Origin: Basidiobolus meristosporus CBS 931.73
Lineage: Eukaryota > Fungi > Basidiobolomycota
Direction: 5' to 3'
Length of the DNA: 42,463 bases
Assembly (NCBI GenBank): GCA_002104905.1
Contig: MCFE01000716.1
Location: forward strand, 1-42,463
The translations under genes were made by a program, and so were the position numbers. Positions 1 through 10,373 of this stretch are shown here, piece by piece; the first letter of the stretch is position 1, and every line of letters starts with the position of its first letter. The notes beneath the pieces are model-generated. The model searched no databases. It saw nothing but the letters and a program-made list of their open reading frames with translations, and was not told the DNA's origin.

Positions 1-82
1 GAATTACTGGATTAGAATCAAGTTTATTAATAGCAATTATAAATACATAATGGTAAATACTGCTGTTGCTCTGATCTATAAT

Positions 83-1840
83 TTACTGGCAATCATCATT
101 ACCATTGCCATTCGCATTACCACCATTTCCGGAACCGTAGGCACCAGCTCCGTTACCACCAGTTCCATTACCATCTCCGTTACCTCCATTACCACCATCG
201 CCATTTCCATCGCCGTTTCCAGCACCGTAAGCACTAGCCCCGTTACTACCATTACCATTACCGCCATTGCCATTGCCATTACCACCGTTTCCAGAGTCAT
301 AGGCACCAGCTCCGTTTCCGCCGTTACCATTTCCACCATTTCCACCGTTACCGTTGCCGTTACCTCCGCTTCCAGAGTCATAGGCACCAGCTCCATTGCC
401 GCCACTTCCATCTCCGCCATTGCCATTACCTCCATTTCCAGAACCATAGGCACCAGCTCCGTTGCCGCCGTTACCATTTCCACCATTTCCATCGTTACCG
501 TTGCCGTTACCTCCGCTTCCAGAGTCATAGGCACCAGCTCCATTGCCACCACTTCCATCTCCGCCATTGCCGTTGCCATTGCCATTACCTCCGTTTCCAG
601 AGTCGTAGCCACCAGCTCCGTTGCCGCCGTTGCCATTTCCACCACTGCCATTGCCACCGTTTCCAGAACCATAGGCACCAGCTCCGTTGCCACCGCTTCC
701 ATCTCCGCCATTGCCGTTGCCATTTCCACCATTGCTGTTACCGCCGTTTCCAGAGTCATAGGCACCAGCTCCGTTGCCGCCGTTGCCGCCGTTACCATTT
801 CCACCATTATCGTTTCCGTCTCCATTACCACCACTACCGGTGCCGTTACCACCATTTCCAGAATCATAGCCACCAGCTCCGTTGCCGCCGTTACCATTTC
901 CACCATTACCGTTACCACCGTTTCCAGAGCCATACGCACCAGCTCCATTGCCACCCTTTCCGTCTCCGCCATTGCCGTCCCCATTGCCGCCGTTGTCATT
1001 GCCGTTACCACCATTTCCAGAGTCGTAGGCATCAGCTCCTTTATCACCGTTTCCATTTCCACCATTGCCGTTGCTATCTCCATTGCCGCCATTACCATTA
1101 CCATTACCTCCGCTTCCAGAGTCATAGCCGCCAGCTCCTTTACCACCGCTTCCATTACCGCCATTGCCGTCTCCATTACCGCCGTTGTCATTACCATTAC
1201 CTCCGTTTCCAGAGTCATAGGCACCAGCTCCTTTACCACTGTCTCCACCTCCACCTCCGCCATTGCCATTGCCGTCTCCATTGCCGCCGTTACCATTGCC
1301 ATTACCTCCGTTTCCAGAGTCATAGACACCAGCTCCTTTACCACCGTTTCCATCTCCGCCATTGCCATTGCCGTCTACATTACCGCCGTTACCATTACCA
1401 TTACCTCCGTTTCCAGAGTCATAAGCACCAGCTCCGTTGCCGCCGTTGCCATCTCCATTGCCACCGTTACCATTACCTCCGTTTCCAGAGTCATAGCCAT
1501 CAGCTCCGTTGCCTCCGTTGCCATCTCCATTGCCACCGTTACCATTACCTCCGTTTCCAGAGTCATAAGCACCAGCTCCGTTGCCGCCGTTGCCATTTCC
1601 GCCATTGCCGTTGCCATCTCCATTGCCACCGTTACCATTACCTCCGTTTCCAGAGTCATAAGCACCAGCTCCGTTGCCTCCGTTGCCATTTCCGCCATTG
1701 CCGTTGGCACCTCCACTGAATACATCTGTGACATCGTAAGCCCCGCCACTCCTAGCCTGCAGTCTTCTATCGAAAGCTGCGGCGTTGATTGCTGCCAAAC
1801 CAGAGAGGAAGCACAAGATTCTAGGAGCGGAGAATTTCAT
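83..1840 (-). CDS. Secreted Gly/Asn-rich repeat protein (585 aa) with 19 GAx[AGV]Y[DG]xG-anchored repeats
   Basis: Intronless ORF with ATG start, a signal-peptide-like N-terminus (MKFSAPRILCFLSGLAAINAAA) and a dibasic RR. It is followed by 19 anchors of the type GAGAYDSG/GAGAYGSG/GAGGYDSG separated by GN/GGN spacers, and ends DDCQ. TATAAA lies ~65 nt upstream and AATAAA just downstream. Confidence 0.85.
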   Translation of the reverse strand: MKFSAPRILCFLSGLAAINAAAFDRRLQARSGGAYDVTDVFSGGANGNGGNGNGGNGAGAYDSGNGGNGNGGNGDGNGNGGNGNGGNGAGAYDSGNGGNGNGGNGDGNGGNGADGYDSGNGGNGNGGNGDGNGGNGAGAYDSGNGGNGNGNGGNVDGNGNGGDGNGGKGAGVYDSGNGGNGNGNGGNGDGNGNGGGGGGDSGKGAGAYDSGNGGNGNDNGGNGDGNGGNGSGGKGAGGYDSGSGGNGNGNGGNGDSNGNGGNGNGDKGADAYDSGNGGNGNDNGGNGDGNGGDGKGGNGAGAYGSGNGGNGNGGNGNGGNGAGGYDSGNGGNGTGSGGNGDGNDNGGNGNGGNGGNGAGAYDSGNGGNSNGGNGNGNGGDGSGGNGAGAYGSGNGGNGSGGNGNGGNGAGGYDSGNGGNGNGNGNGGDGSGGNGAGAYDSGSGGNGNGNDGNGGNGNGGNGAGAYGSGNGGNGNGGDGSGGNGAGAYDSGSGGNGNGNGGNGGNGNGGNGAGAYDSGNGGNGNGNGGNGNGSNGASAYGAGNGDGNGDGGNGGNGDGNGTGGNGAGAYGSGNGGNANGNGNDDCQ

Positions 1841-1903
1841 TCTATTGTAAAAGGAGATATACTACTGAGTGAGATGTCTTGATTTTACCAACTAGAGTGC
1901 CTA

Positions 1904-1909
1904 TTTATA
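1904..1909 (-). promoter_or_regulatory. Putative TATA box of the Gly/Asn repeat gene
   Basis: TATAAA on the minus strand ~65 nt upstream of the ATG at 1840. Confidence 0.45.
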
Positions 1910-2512
1910 CTATAGCGTGGCATTCCCCACTGCACCCCTTGGCAATTACTCCTTACCCCACACACCATCTTGGTAAGCGAGATGTCAGCCATCATATCGA
2001 ACCAGTATTTCTCCTAATCTCGCCTTCCCTCCCCTTCCCCTCAATTATTCTATCTGCAAATTGGGTAAACGAAACCTTCCTTCCCCACATTTTGCATTAC
2101 GATGCGTGCCTCCCATTACAGAACAACAAACACATTAGTTTGACAAGGTATTGAGAGATAATCGCAAATGTATTTATTTCGAAATCCGAGTTCATCACTA
2201 GCATTTTCAAGCTATGTCGTCAGCACTCTACAGAAAAGGAATAAAGATATAAACAAGAAATCTACATGTTTGAGTATGCTCAAGCAAGGATCGCGATAGG
2301 CCTGAGCTTTGCGCATGTCAAATCGCCATCCATAGCCCAAGTATTGGCGAAAACTAGGGAACAATGTAGGTAAGTAGCAGTCAGTACTTCGGCTTCATTG
2401 GTATGATATTGTAGAGGTCGGAATGCCTAGAGAAATTCATCTACGTGGGAGCAATAACCTGACTACTGACAGCAATTGACAACTGGGCAATTCGGAGCAT
2501 CAAGCACTCACA

Positions 2513-3214
2513 TTAAAGTGTTCGATCTAATAGCCAACACTCCTGAGGATCCAGCAAACCCGCATACGGTCGCACTCCTCGCCATTTGAAATCGTCGTAA
2601 TTGACTTTGAATTTAACCTCAAACCCAAGCCGGTTGAGAAACAAATGCTGGGTCCCCAAAGCGGAGCAATGAACCCAGATTTTCTTGTAACCAGATAATT
2701 TGGCAGCCAGTAACACCTCATTGGCCAATTTCCGGCAAAGGCCAATGCCCTCGTAATCGCTATGGACCGCCGCAGCACTGAAATAAGCAAATTTCGATGC
2801 TTCTTGTGGGCTGACAAGGACATCAGGATAATGTTGAGCCAGAAAAGTATGCTCCGAACCGTACAGAAGGGCAGATACAGGATCTTCATAGTAGTCAACA
2901 TCCCAGATATCTGCGGCATCAACTGCGCCAGGGGCTGGATGGGGAACAAATGCCTCTGAAAGACCGACTCCCACCAACATCGGCCTGGCATCCATTACTC
3001 GATTCAAATCTTCAGCAACGAAACTCATATTCTGATTACTACTTCGCCTGGCAAGATCTATGGCCCAGGGAAACGTCTCTTCCACCGTTTCTTTCAACCG
3101 TAAGGCAATAGGCTCCCTTTCAATGAAGACATTGGTTATCAGTCGAGCTGCTTGCACAGCATCGGTCGGTTTCATTTTTCGAACCACAATGCTCAAGGAG
3201 GGTGAAGCTAACAT
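2513..3214 (-). CDS. GNAT-family N-acetyltransferase (arylalkylamine/dopamine N-acetyltransferase-like)
   Basis: Intronless ORF; first ATG at 3214 (the track used a GTG). Contains F-x(3)-EP near the N-terminus, an acetyl-CoA motif A (AAVHSDYEGIGLCRKL) and a C-terminal RLGFEV..VNYDDF segment typical of GNATs. Confidence 0.8.
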   Translation of the reverse strand: MLASPSLSIVVRKMKPTDAVQAARLITNVFIEREPIALRLKETVEETFPWAIDLARRSSNQNMSFVAEDLNRVMDARPMLVGVGLSEAFVPHPAPGAVDAADIWDVDYYEDPVSALLYGSEHTFLAQHYPDVLVSPQEASKFAYFSAAAVHSDYEGIGLCRKLANEVLLAAKLSGYKKIWVHCSALGTQHLFLNRLGFEVKFKVNYDDFKWRGVRPYAGLLDPQECWLLDRTL

Positions 3215-4831
3215 TTTGTGTCGAAACACTGTTAATAGAAAATGGCGATGTAAGTCAATTTCGACGGGAATTTATGGCAGTATTTATTTGCAATGCCATC
3301 AGCGGCCCCAAGCATGGCCTCGTAGTGATTTTGATTAAAAACAAACGTCATGGACATCGAATCCATCAACGGCGGCGGTTGTTTCGCCGCCATTCAACTC
3401 TTTGGGACTAAATTATTCCGCACTCGGTAAACGAGCCAATAATCGGGCCAGTCTCCGTAAAATATGGCTCCCTGTGCTGCGGTTTCATCAAACAAAGTGA
3501 ACCTGTACCTCGGTCAATGCGTTTATTCCGACACGACGGCGAGCCTTCATCAGTGACCAGCTGTACAACCCGCCTATTGACGGATTGAGCCAGAACAAGG
3601 CATGCTACCTTTCAAAAGACCCTTGAGAAGCAAGCCAGAGGTTGTGTTGTGGGCGGACTCTTGGTTGGCTTCGAAAATTCCTCGGAATCCTGGAAATGCG
3701 AGAAAACCACTCTCCAATGAAAAACTAGGCCTCTGCTACTGTTATTGTTGTACGGCTATACTATATACTGTGACCCTCCATACAGAGCTTGATAAAGTCC
3801 CGCATTGAGGTTTTCAAATCCCGCGGCAGTATTGGCAAATGGGGTCAAGAGGCTCCGTGGAAACTTTTGCTGGAAAACATGAGAACATCAAAAAAGATCA
3901 GCCCAAATCCAACTTGGAACATACTTTCAAGAATCAGGGCTAAGGACTACCATTGCATCCAATATGTAGGCCCTCATAGACCATCTCCATGTGGAAGTGA
4001 TGAAACCTAGCCACTGGCTCTCTCACAAGTTATGCGCAATACAAAATTTCTGGTGGCAACTGGAGTAGAATTCTCTCAGTAGGAATACTAGCAAATAATC
4101 CCAGTTGGAGGTTTTTATTACGATAAGCTTTCACCTCTCTCTGTGGTCCCATTCATCCATACTGTTGTTGTGGACCAGTTTCCATTTGCTGCTTCCCTAC
4201 GGTATCAGCACACTTCCTACTTTCAAACCCCACTTCTCTGTGGCAAGCAGATGATGAGGGCTCGCAACATATCCAACAATATACACCCCACCTGAAAGGC
4301 ATACTGGATACTGGGATAAATGGCGGTTATCTGCAGCAATGCTGAGGGATCCCCATCAACCGCTTGGGCTTTGGAGATCAAAGAGACGGGTTACTTACCA
4401 TCTTGGGCTGGTTTGGTTGGTCCGCAGTTCCAATAAGTGTAACTGAAGCGTCCAGCCTCCTTCAATGCCAGGCAACAGGCTTGCATAACAATGATATAAG
4501 GTTCCTCAGCTTGGTGCACATGTACTCGTCATCTACTTCAGCCACTATGCCAGATCAGGCATACGCTGTCTCACAACACCCTATATCACAATCTTTTATC
4601 ACCTCTCGCCCTTATTCAAACAGGTACCTCTATTCCCTACAGCCAATCTGCTGCCTTTTTTGTAGGCAGTTTTCTAATTCATTGGCATTGTTGGACAAGT
4701 CTGGAAATCAAAATATAGTGGAACCGTACTAAACCGGAAGAGAGACTAGTTTACTCTTGCTTAACTGGTGGTGGGCGCTGGCATCAATACAGTACCATAA
4801 CAAACCCAAAAATCTTGAATTTCGTTACTGC

Positions 4832-5614
4832 TTAAGCAATGAAAACATTTTCGCGATAGAACTTCAGCTCCTTGATGGAGTCCTTGATGTCGTCAAGTGC
4901 ACGGTGGTTTGGGTTTTTCTTCGGAACGTTGGTGGCAATTTGAGGGTACCATCTGCGAGTGAGCTCTTTTACGGTGCTAACGTCTGGAAAAATATTGGTC
5001 CATGTGTCAGAGAGTATGGGTGGCATGGAAGCAGTTGACGAGCCACGTACCAATTATACGATAGTGGAGGTACTCCACCAAGTCGGGAAATTCCTTTGCC
5101 AGGAACGTTTTGTCAACATGCACTGAGTTGCCTGCCAGCGGTGCTATCTTGGGTGTCTTGATAAATTTGCGCACAAAGTTCATGATTTTCTCGTTCGCTT
5201 CTGACAAGGTCACTGAAGAGGCTAAAACTGCTGCGGTAAGCCCTGACTGGAAGCTAACATATAAGAATTTTTTCAGTTGGCCAACGATGAACAAAACTTA
5301 CCTGGCCATGCTGATTGACACACCACTCATTCATATCATCCATCACCTCTTTAGGATAGTGTATAATGAGCTCGGGGCCCTAAGGAAGAGGGATCAGTAG
5401 GCGGATCTCTATGGCAGTTATAAAGCTGAGCTTACCTCGGCAATCACATTGAGCTGGCCATCAGTTATCAAAATAGCCAATTCAATGATGTGATCTTTCG
5501 AAAGATCGAGACCGGTCATCTAAGTACACTTCGAAATTAATCAAACGACGCAATCGAAATGGATCATCTTTTACATACCTCGCAGTCGATCCAGACAATA
5601 GGCTCTTCGGTCAT
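4832..5614 (-). CDS. REX2: Oligoribonuclease (DEDDh 3'-5' exonuclease), ~5 exons
   Basis: Hand-spliced: [12 protein letters not shown]|[28 protein letters not shown]|[26 protein letters not shown]|SGLT...[30 protein letters not shown]|DVSTVKEL...[18 protein letters not shown]. Contains all Orn motifs, with canonical GT-AG introns. Confidence 0.95.
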
Positions 5615-6649
5615 GGTAGCGATCAAAATGCTTGCTAGCATACCCACCCACAAAGGCTACTTTTACATCGATCTTGCCAAGGCGCATGCATTTCCGAGTC
5701 AGACATTTACTCAGATGCTGCCAAGCATGTTTAAATAAAGCAAGGGTTTAAATGACTTTGAAAGCTTGGACTGACATAGATTAATTAAAGCAACTACGGC
5801 AGCAAAGAATCATGGATGATTCCGGCCAAACACGGGCCAAACGGAGGATGAAACGACGGCTATTCGGATCCTTTCTCTACCTAGTGATCCTATATAGACA
5901 CTGTCAACGATTGCAGCCCCTAATAAGGGAATTGCATCGAGTATCCTGCATTTCGTTGAGCTATCCCTTACCATTTACCCATGAATCATTTGCACATGCA
6001 AGACTGGGAAATGGATATTAATATCAATGCGTAGTTGGTGGTATTGAGGGCCAAGCAACCGATATGGCAAAACGGAATCCCGGGACTGGCCTCAGGTGGG
6101 GTTGACCTTGGGAATTGCCCCAAACCCAATTTCACCAGCTGAAGAGCCCAACTCCGCCAAGGAATCTCGCACTGTTGCGTGCATATCATATGGCCTGTAC
6201 GTTGTCCGGTAGGATATAATTAATCCGCAGCTTGGTAATACATTTGGTGGATATTAAATAGTAGAGGTTTCTTGTTGCCATTGATAATATTGGAGGTGGG
6301 GATCTAGATGCCACCTTAAGGTTGACTCCAAGCTCACCTGGCTAGCAATTTGCTCCTATTGACGAAATACGATCCTTAAATATTGATCATCAGCACCAAT
6401 GATTCCCAAGCTGCCAATTCAATAGAAAATCCGTATCAGATAGTATACTCCTGAATCAAGAGAGAATTTGTTTGGCTGCCATTGTGGCAGCAAATATAAA
6501 TACTTCTCTCGCCCAGCCCTGAAATATTCTCCGTCTCACTTCACGTTTGTTTTGCAAGTCGTCTTCACCATCACAGTAGCTGGGGTGAATTTTTTCGTTT
6601 CACCGAATTGTATTCTTCTGCTAGGCCTGCCTCTTCTCTCTTTTTCTCT

Positions 6650-7726
6650 ATGACTGCGGCTAGGCTGTTTACGGCGTCAGAGGTAGCTGCACACTCCTCT
6701 CCGAAATCCGTCTGGGTAACCTTCAAAAACAAAGTCTATGATATCACCACCTTCCTTGATTCTCATCCGGGAGGCGACGAAGTCATCCTCGAATATGGTG
6801 GAAAAGATATCACCAATGTTTTGTCTGACGTTGATCTTCACGAGCATTCCGACTCGGCTTATGACATGCTGGAAGATTTGTGTATCGGTGAACTGGCCAC
6901 CGAAGAACAAAAAACGGCGAAAATTGTCACACTTACTGCTAATGGGCCAACAAAACGCAAGGGCAAAGCAGAGGACCTGAACGTTGACATGCACAGCAAC
7001 ACCGATACCCACAAGGACTTCCAGAGTCAGAAATTCCTGGATTTGAACAAGCCCTTAGTGCCTCAAATGTGGAACAACCGCTTCAACAAGGAATTTTACC
7101 TGAAGCAGGTTCACATTCCCCGCCACCTTCCTCAGCCCGCTACGTTCTTCACCAACCCATTGCTAGAGATGCTAACGCGCACGCCATGGTATGTCATCCC
7201 GATTATCTGGTTCCCGATCTCCATGTACTTCTTCGTCTACTCCCTCGGCATTGTATCACTTCAATGGTCGGTGATCTGCTTTGTCTCGGGGATCTTCCTC
7301 TGGACCGCACTGGAATATGTTATCCACCGATTCCTATTTCATTTTGACGAATCGCTACCCGACCACCCCAAGGCCTTCTTTGTCCATTTTCTTCTCCACG
7401 GTGTTCACCACTACCTCCCAATGGATGGGTTGCGGCTGGTTATGCCTCCCGCGCTCTCATTCACTCTTGCAACACCACTGGTTCACCTAGCGTATCTCCT
7501 GTTCAAGCCTGGCACCGTCGAGGCAGTCATCAGTGGGACCTTTTTCGGATACATGTGTTACGATCTAGTCCATTATCATCTGCATCACGCTCGTCCACTT
7601 CTTGAATACTTGCGCCTGATGAAAACCTATCATTTGGATCATCACTACAAGGATTTCGAAGAGAACTTCGGGATCACGACCATGATCTGGGATGTCGTTT
7701 TCCAGACCATGATGAAGGCGTACTGA
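6650..7726 (+). CDS. SCS7: Sphingolipid fatty acid 2-hydroxylase (cytochrome b5 + FA hydroxylase domain)
   Basis: N-terminal b5 domain with HPGG and four His boxes (HRFLFH, HGVHH, HYHLHH, HLDHH). ATG at 6650; intronless. Confidence 0.95.
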   Translation: MTAARLFTASEVAAHSSPKSVWVTFKNKVYDITTFLDSHPGGDEVILEYGGKDITNVLSDVDLHEHSDSAYDMLEDLCIGELATEEQKTAKIVTLTANGPTKRKGKAEDLNVDMHSNTDTHKDFQSQKFLDLNKPLVPQMWNNRFNKEFYLKQVHIPRHLPQPATFFTNPLLEMLTRTPWYVIPIIWFPISMYFFVYSLGIVSLQWSVICFVSGIFLWTALEYVIHRFLFHFDESLPDHPKAFFVHFLLHGVHHYLPMDGLRLVMPPALSFTLATPLVHLAYLLFKPGTVEAVISGTFFGYMCYDLVHYHLHHARPLLEYLRLMKTYHLDHHYKDFEENFGITTMIWDVVFQTMMKAY

Positions 7727-8347
7727 GTGAACCCGGCGGCCGCGTCGGATTGCGCCTGCCCGCCCCTTTTGTAAATCTTGTAGTCTTTTGAAGAGATTTT
7801 GTAGCGTTTGTCGTGGTGGCCATTTCCCTTGCTTTCTATCCATTAATATTGCCCCTATCCAAGCGCTTCCCCGTATTGTCCGGATTGGGATATTTCATGA
7901 TGTTTAACCTAATCATAAGCTAATAAATTACCTCATTCAATACGGGCGTAGATAGATATGTCTCAAGGGGCCGAACCAGACACATGTTGAGTGATTGTAC
8001 CACTCGATTGATTCATTGTATTTGGACTCTCCAGCCAATAACAAGTCCGCCCCACATCCCTGCGTCCAAATGTTTGCTATCGTGGGATCGCTACAGGCAC
8101 TGGATCTGTAGCGGTGAGCGGTTGCGAAACAGAGGCTCGTGTCTATAGGGTGGCCTTGAATGAGCATATCTGTACTCTATATTAGGCCCACCGTCCTGCC
8201 AATGGCCGCGCGAGATTGCGCTTGTGTTCACTAGATGGTCCACATGCCAGCGTGCTGAAACCATTTCCCCCAAATTCTAGTTTATTGAATGGTTACGATT
8301 CTCTAATTTTAAAAGGACTCAAGTGACACGCTTTCCAGCGGCCTGAT

Positions 8348-9947
8348 TCATTCGAAATACCAGAGTAGGCTCTCGCTATCATTGCCGCCAAGCAATAGGT
8401 TGGCATTGGCGTGGTAGTCGATGGAATTAATGGAAAGCGGGTTGAATACGGAGCTCAATTTCTGATATGTGGGGGTATCGTCTGTATAATAGCCATACTG
8501 ATCCTTCTCCTGCTGGTAGCTCAGGATCGCACACATCCCATCTAAATAAAGGTTAGTCACGAGGCCACGGACATCCAGTGATCATGGCTTGAGGGTTACC
8601 GTTGGAGCAGCTGAGGATTTTGTTGGGTTGGTTTGGATGATATTTGACTTCCCACACTGGATCAACGGGAGAAGCGTTAGCGACGTGCGAGGTCACTGGC
8701 CAAGACATAAAGTGGCCCTTACCGTACGACGAATGGACCGAGAATGGGCTGGATTCCGGAATTTCTTGGTTCCTCAAGTCCCAAGTAGTGATGTGGCCGT
8801 TGGCACTACCTGTGCACAATTTGTTTGCCTGAATGGACGTTAGTACCCCGCCGTAGGCAATAACAACAATAGGCTCACCTGAGAAGGATGGATCGCCATG
8901 CAGGTTAGCGCGACGTTCTGATTGGAGGAGCTGGAGGAGCGTTAGATGGTGCACGCATTCGCACTCCGGCTTCTACCATGATTACTTACTCGCTATAGAT
9001 GGCACTAGGCTTACGGAAGTCTCTCAAGTCGTAAAGCTTAAGCTGGCCGCCGTTTGTGGTGGTAGCCTAGAGAAACGTGGTTAAACAACTAGTCAAACTT
9101 CAGAGTTAGCAAATGAAGGTGTACAATTATGTGAGAAGATATCCAGGCAATGCTGTTCAAGGACATTCCATCCGCAGCTAGAGGAAGAACGTTAATGAAT
9201 ACCACATCAATGGGAAAATAAAGCGTTCCACACTAACCGATGGTTTCTCTGGGCTGATCCTCATTAATATTGAATAAGTTGATTTTTCCATCCTCGCCAC
9301 AGCTAACAACCTCTCCATCGCTTCCGGAGAAAGGTTGAACTGCGAGTCCTGTGCAGGAGGCAGCGCTGCCGGTGGTGTATTTATGTAGAGGCAGGGTCTT
9401 GCAATGCTCCAGGGCACATTCGGCCTTCTCCGTCTAAATGTATCGCCAAGGGTTATTGCTGGAAATAAAGAAAGATATACAAGGGGTATAGTCAGGTACC
9501 TCGTCCTTGACTATTCTGAAAAGGTGGGCCGAGCCGAACGAAGATGCAGTGAGAATTAGCTCCTCTTCTAGAAACTGAAAAAACCATCGAGGATCAGTGA
9601 GTGGTTCTCTTGGCCGATCGGAATGGAAATCGTACGTGAATATCGGTCACATCACCCAAATGTGAAATACGGGCCTGCTCGATTGCTTTGTAATCCTTAA
9701 CGTCGTCTCTTGGTATACCGGGTGCCTCACAGCTCCACAGTTTTAGTAAATTATCCTAGCGATGAAGAGGAGCTTGTATGAGCGCCAGCGGGACGACAAC
9801 ACTACAGAATAGGCATATCTGAGATACCTTGCCCTCATCCCACGAGCCAGTTGCGAACAACAACTCTGTGTCCGTAAAATTCTGACCGTTCTGCCAACGA
9901 ACTTTTGAGATTTTATTTCCAGCTGGTTGATGACCGAAGGTTTCCAT
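8348..9947 (-). CDS. NUP43: WD40 nucleoporin, Nup43-like, multi-exon
   Basis: N-terminus KISKVRW...LFATGSWDE matches the Nup43 pattern KISKxRW...FATGSWD. Later exons give SHLGDVTDIH, VVSCGEDGKINLF, ALTCMAIHPSQ, VWEVKYHPNQPNKILSCSNDG and a C-terminal LSINSID..LLGGNDSESL. Confidence 0.75.
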
Positions 9948-10373
9948 TGTACAGAAGTCTGCTCTCCAGTTGACAATTGTCTAGAAAAAATTGAACGACC
10001 GCACTATAAAGGCAGGGGATTTTTCGGGATGGATTTCGAGCAAAGATCGAAGAAAATTTCATTCTAGTGATCATAACAAAGGGAATCAGTGTGATTCCTG
10101 GGATTATGGATGTAGTCCAAAAAGCGACCGTATTGCGCATTCGGATCACAATTACGCTGCCCGTTCAGCAGGTGACGAATCATGGGGCAAACTAAGACAA
10201 GGAAGCTGGTAGTGTTCAACGCTTACTTTATTTGGTATGATGGAGCTATCCACGCATGGGTGGATACCTTGAAAACAAAGCAACTAAACTCTAAGGGAAA
10301 TGTATGACAAGTGCGCGCACAACTGCGAATAAAGCCCACTTCCCAGCGGTAAGGGTGTAAGTGTTGGGAATGT

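Noticed and set aside
83-1840. Resemblance of AGAYGS to the InaZ ice-nucleation motif AGYGS
   Set aside because: No TxT ladders and no fixed 8/16-residue period; spacers vary in length.
50-1882. 610-aa plus-strand Thr/Ile/Ala/Val/Ser ORF and 430/124-aa minus-strand alternative-frame ORFs over the repeat gene
   Set aside because: Shadow ORFs. The plus ORF is in exact antisense register, and the real gene lacks TTA/CTA/TCA codons, so no antisense stops can arise. Only the 83-1840 frame has a signal peptide and TATA box.
2305-2316. AGCTTTGCGCA, matching the 5' end of U4 snRNA
   Set aside because: Similarity stops after ~11 nt, and no Sm site or further U4 sequence is visible.
3371-3391. GGCGGCG/CGCCGCC 7-bp hairpin upstream of the GNAT gene
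   Set aside because: A single short GC stem is expected by chance; no other support.
4150-4700. Possible small minus-strand spliced gene between the GNAT and REX2
   Set aside because: Two plausible introns, but no start or recognisable product could be assembled.
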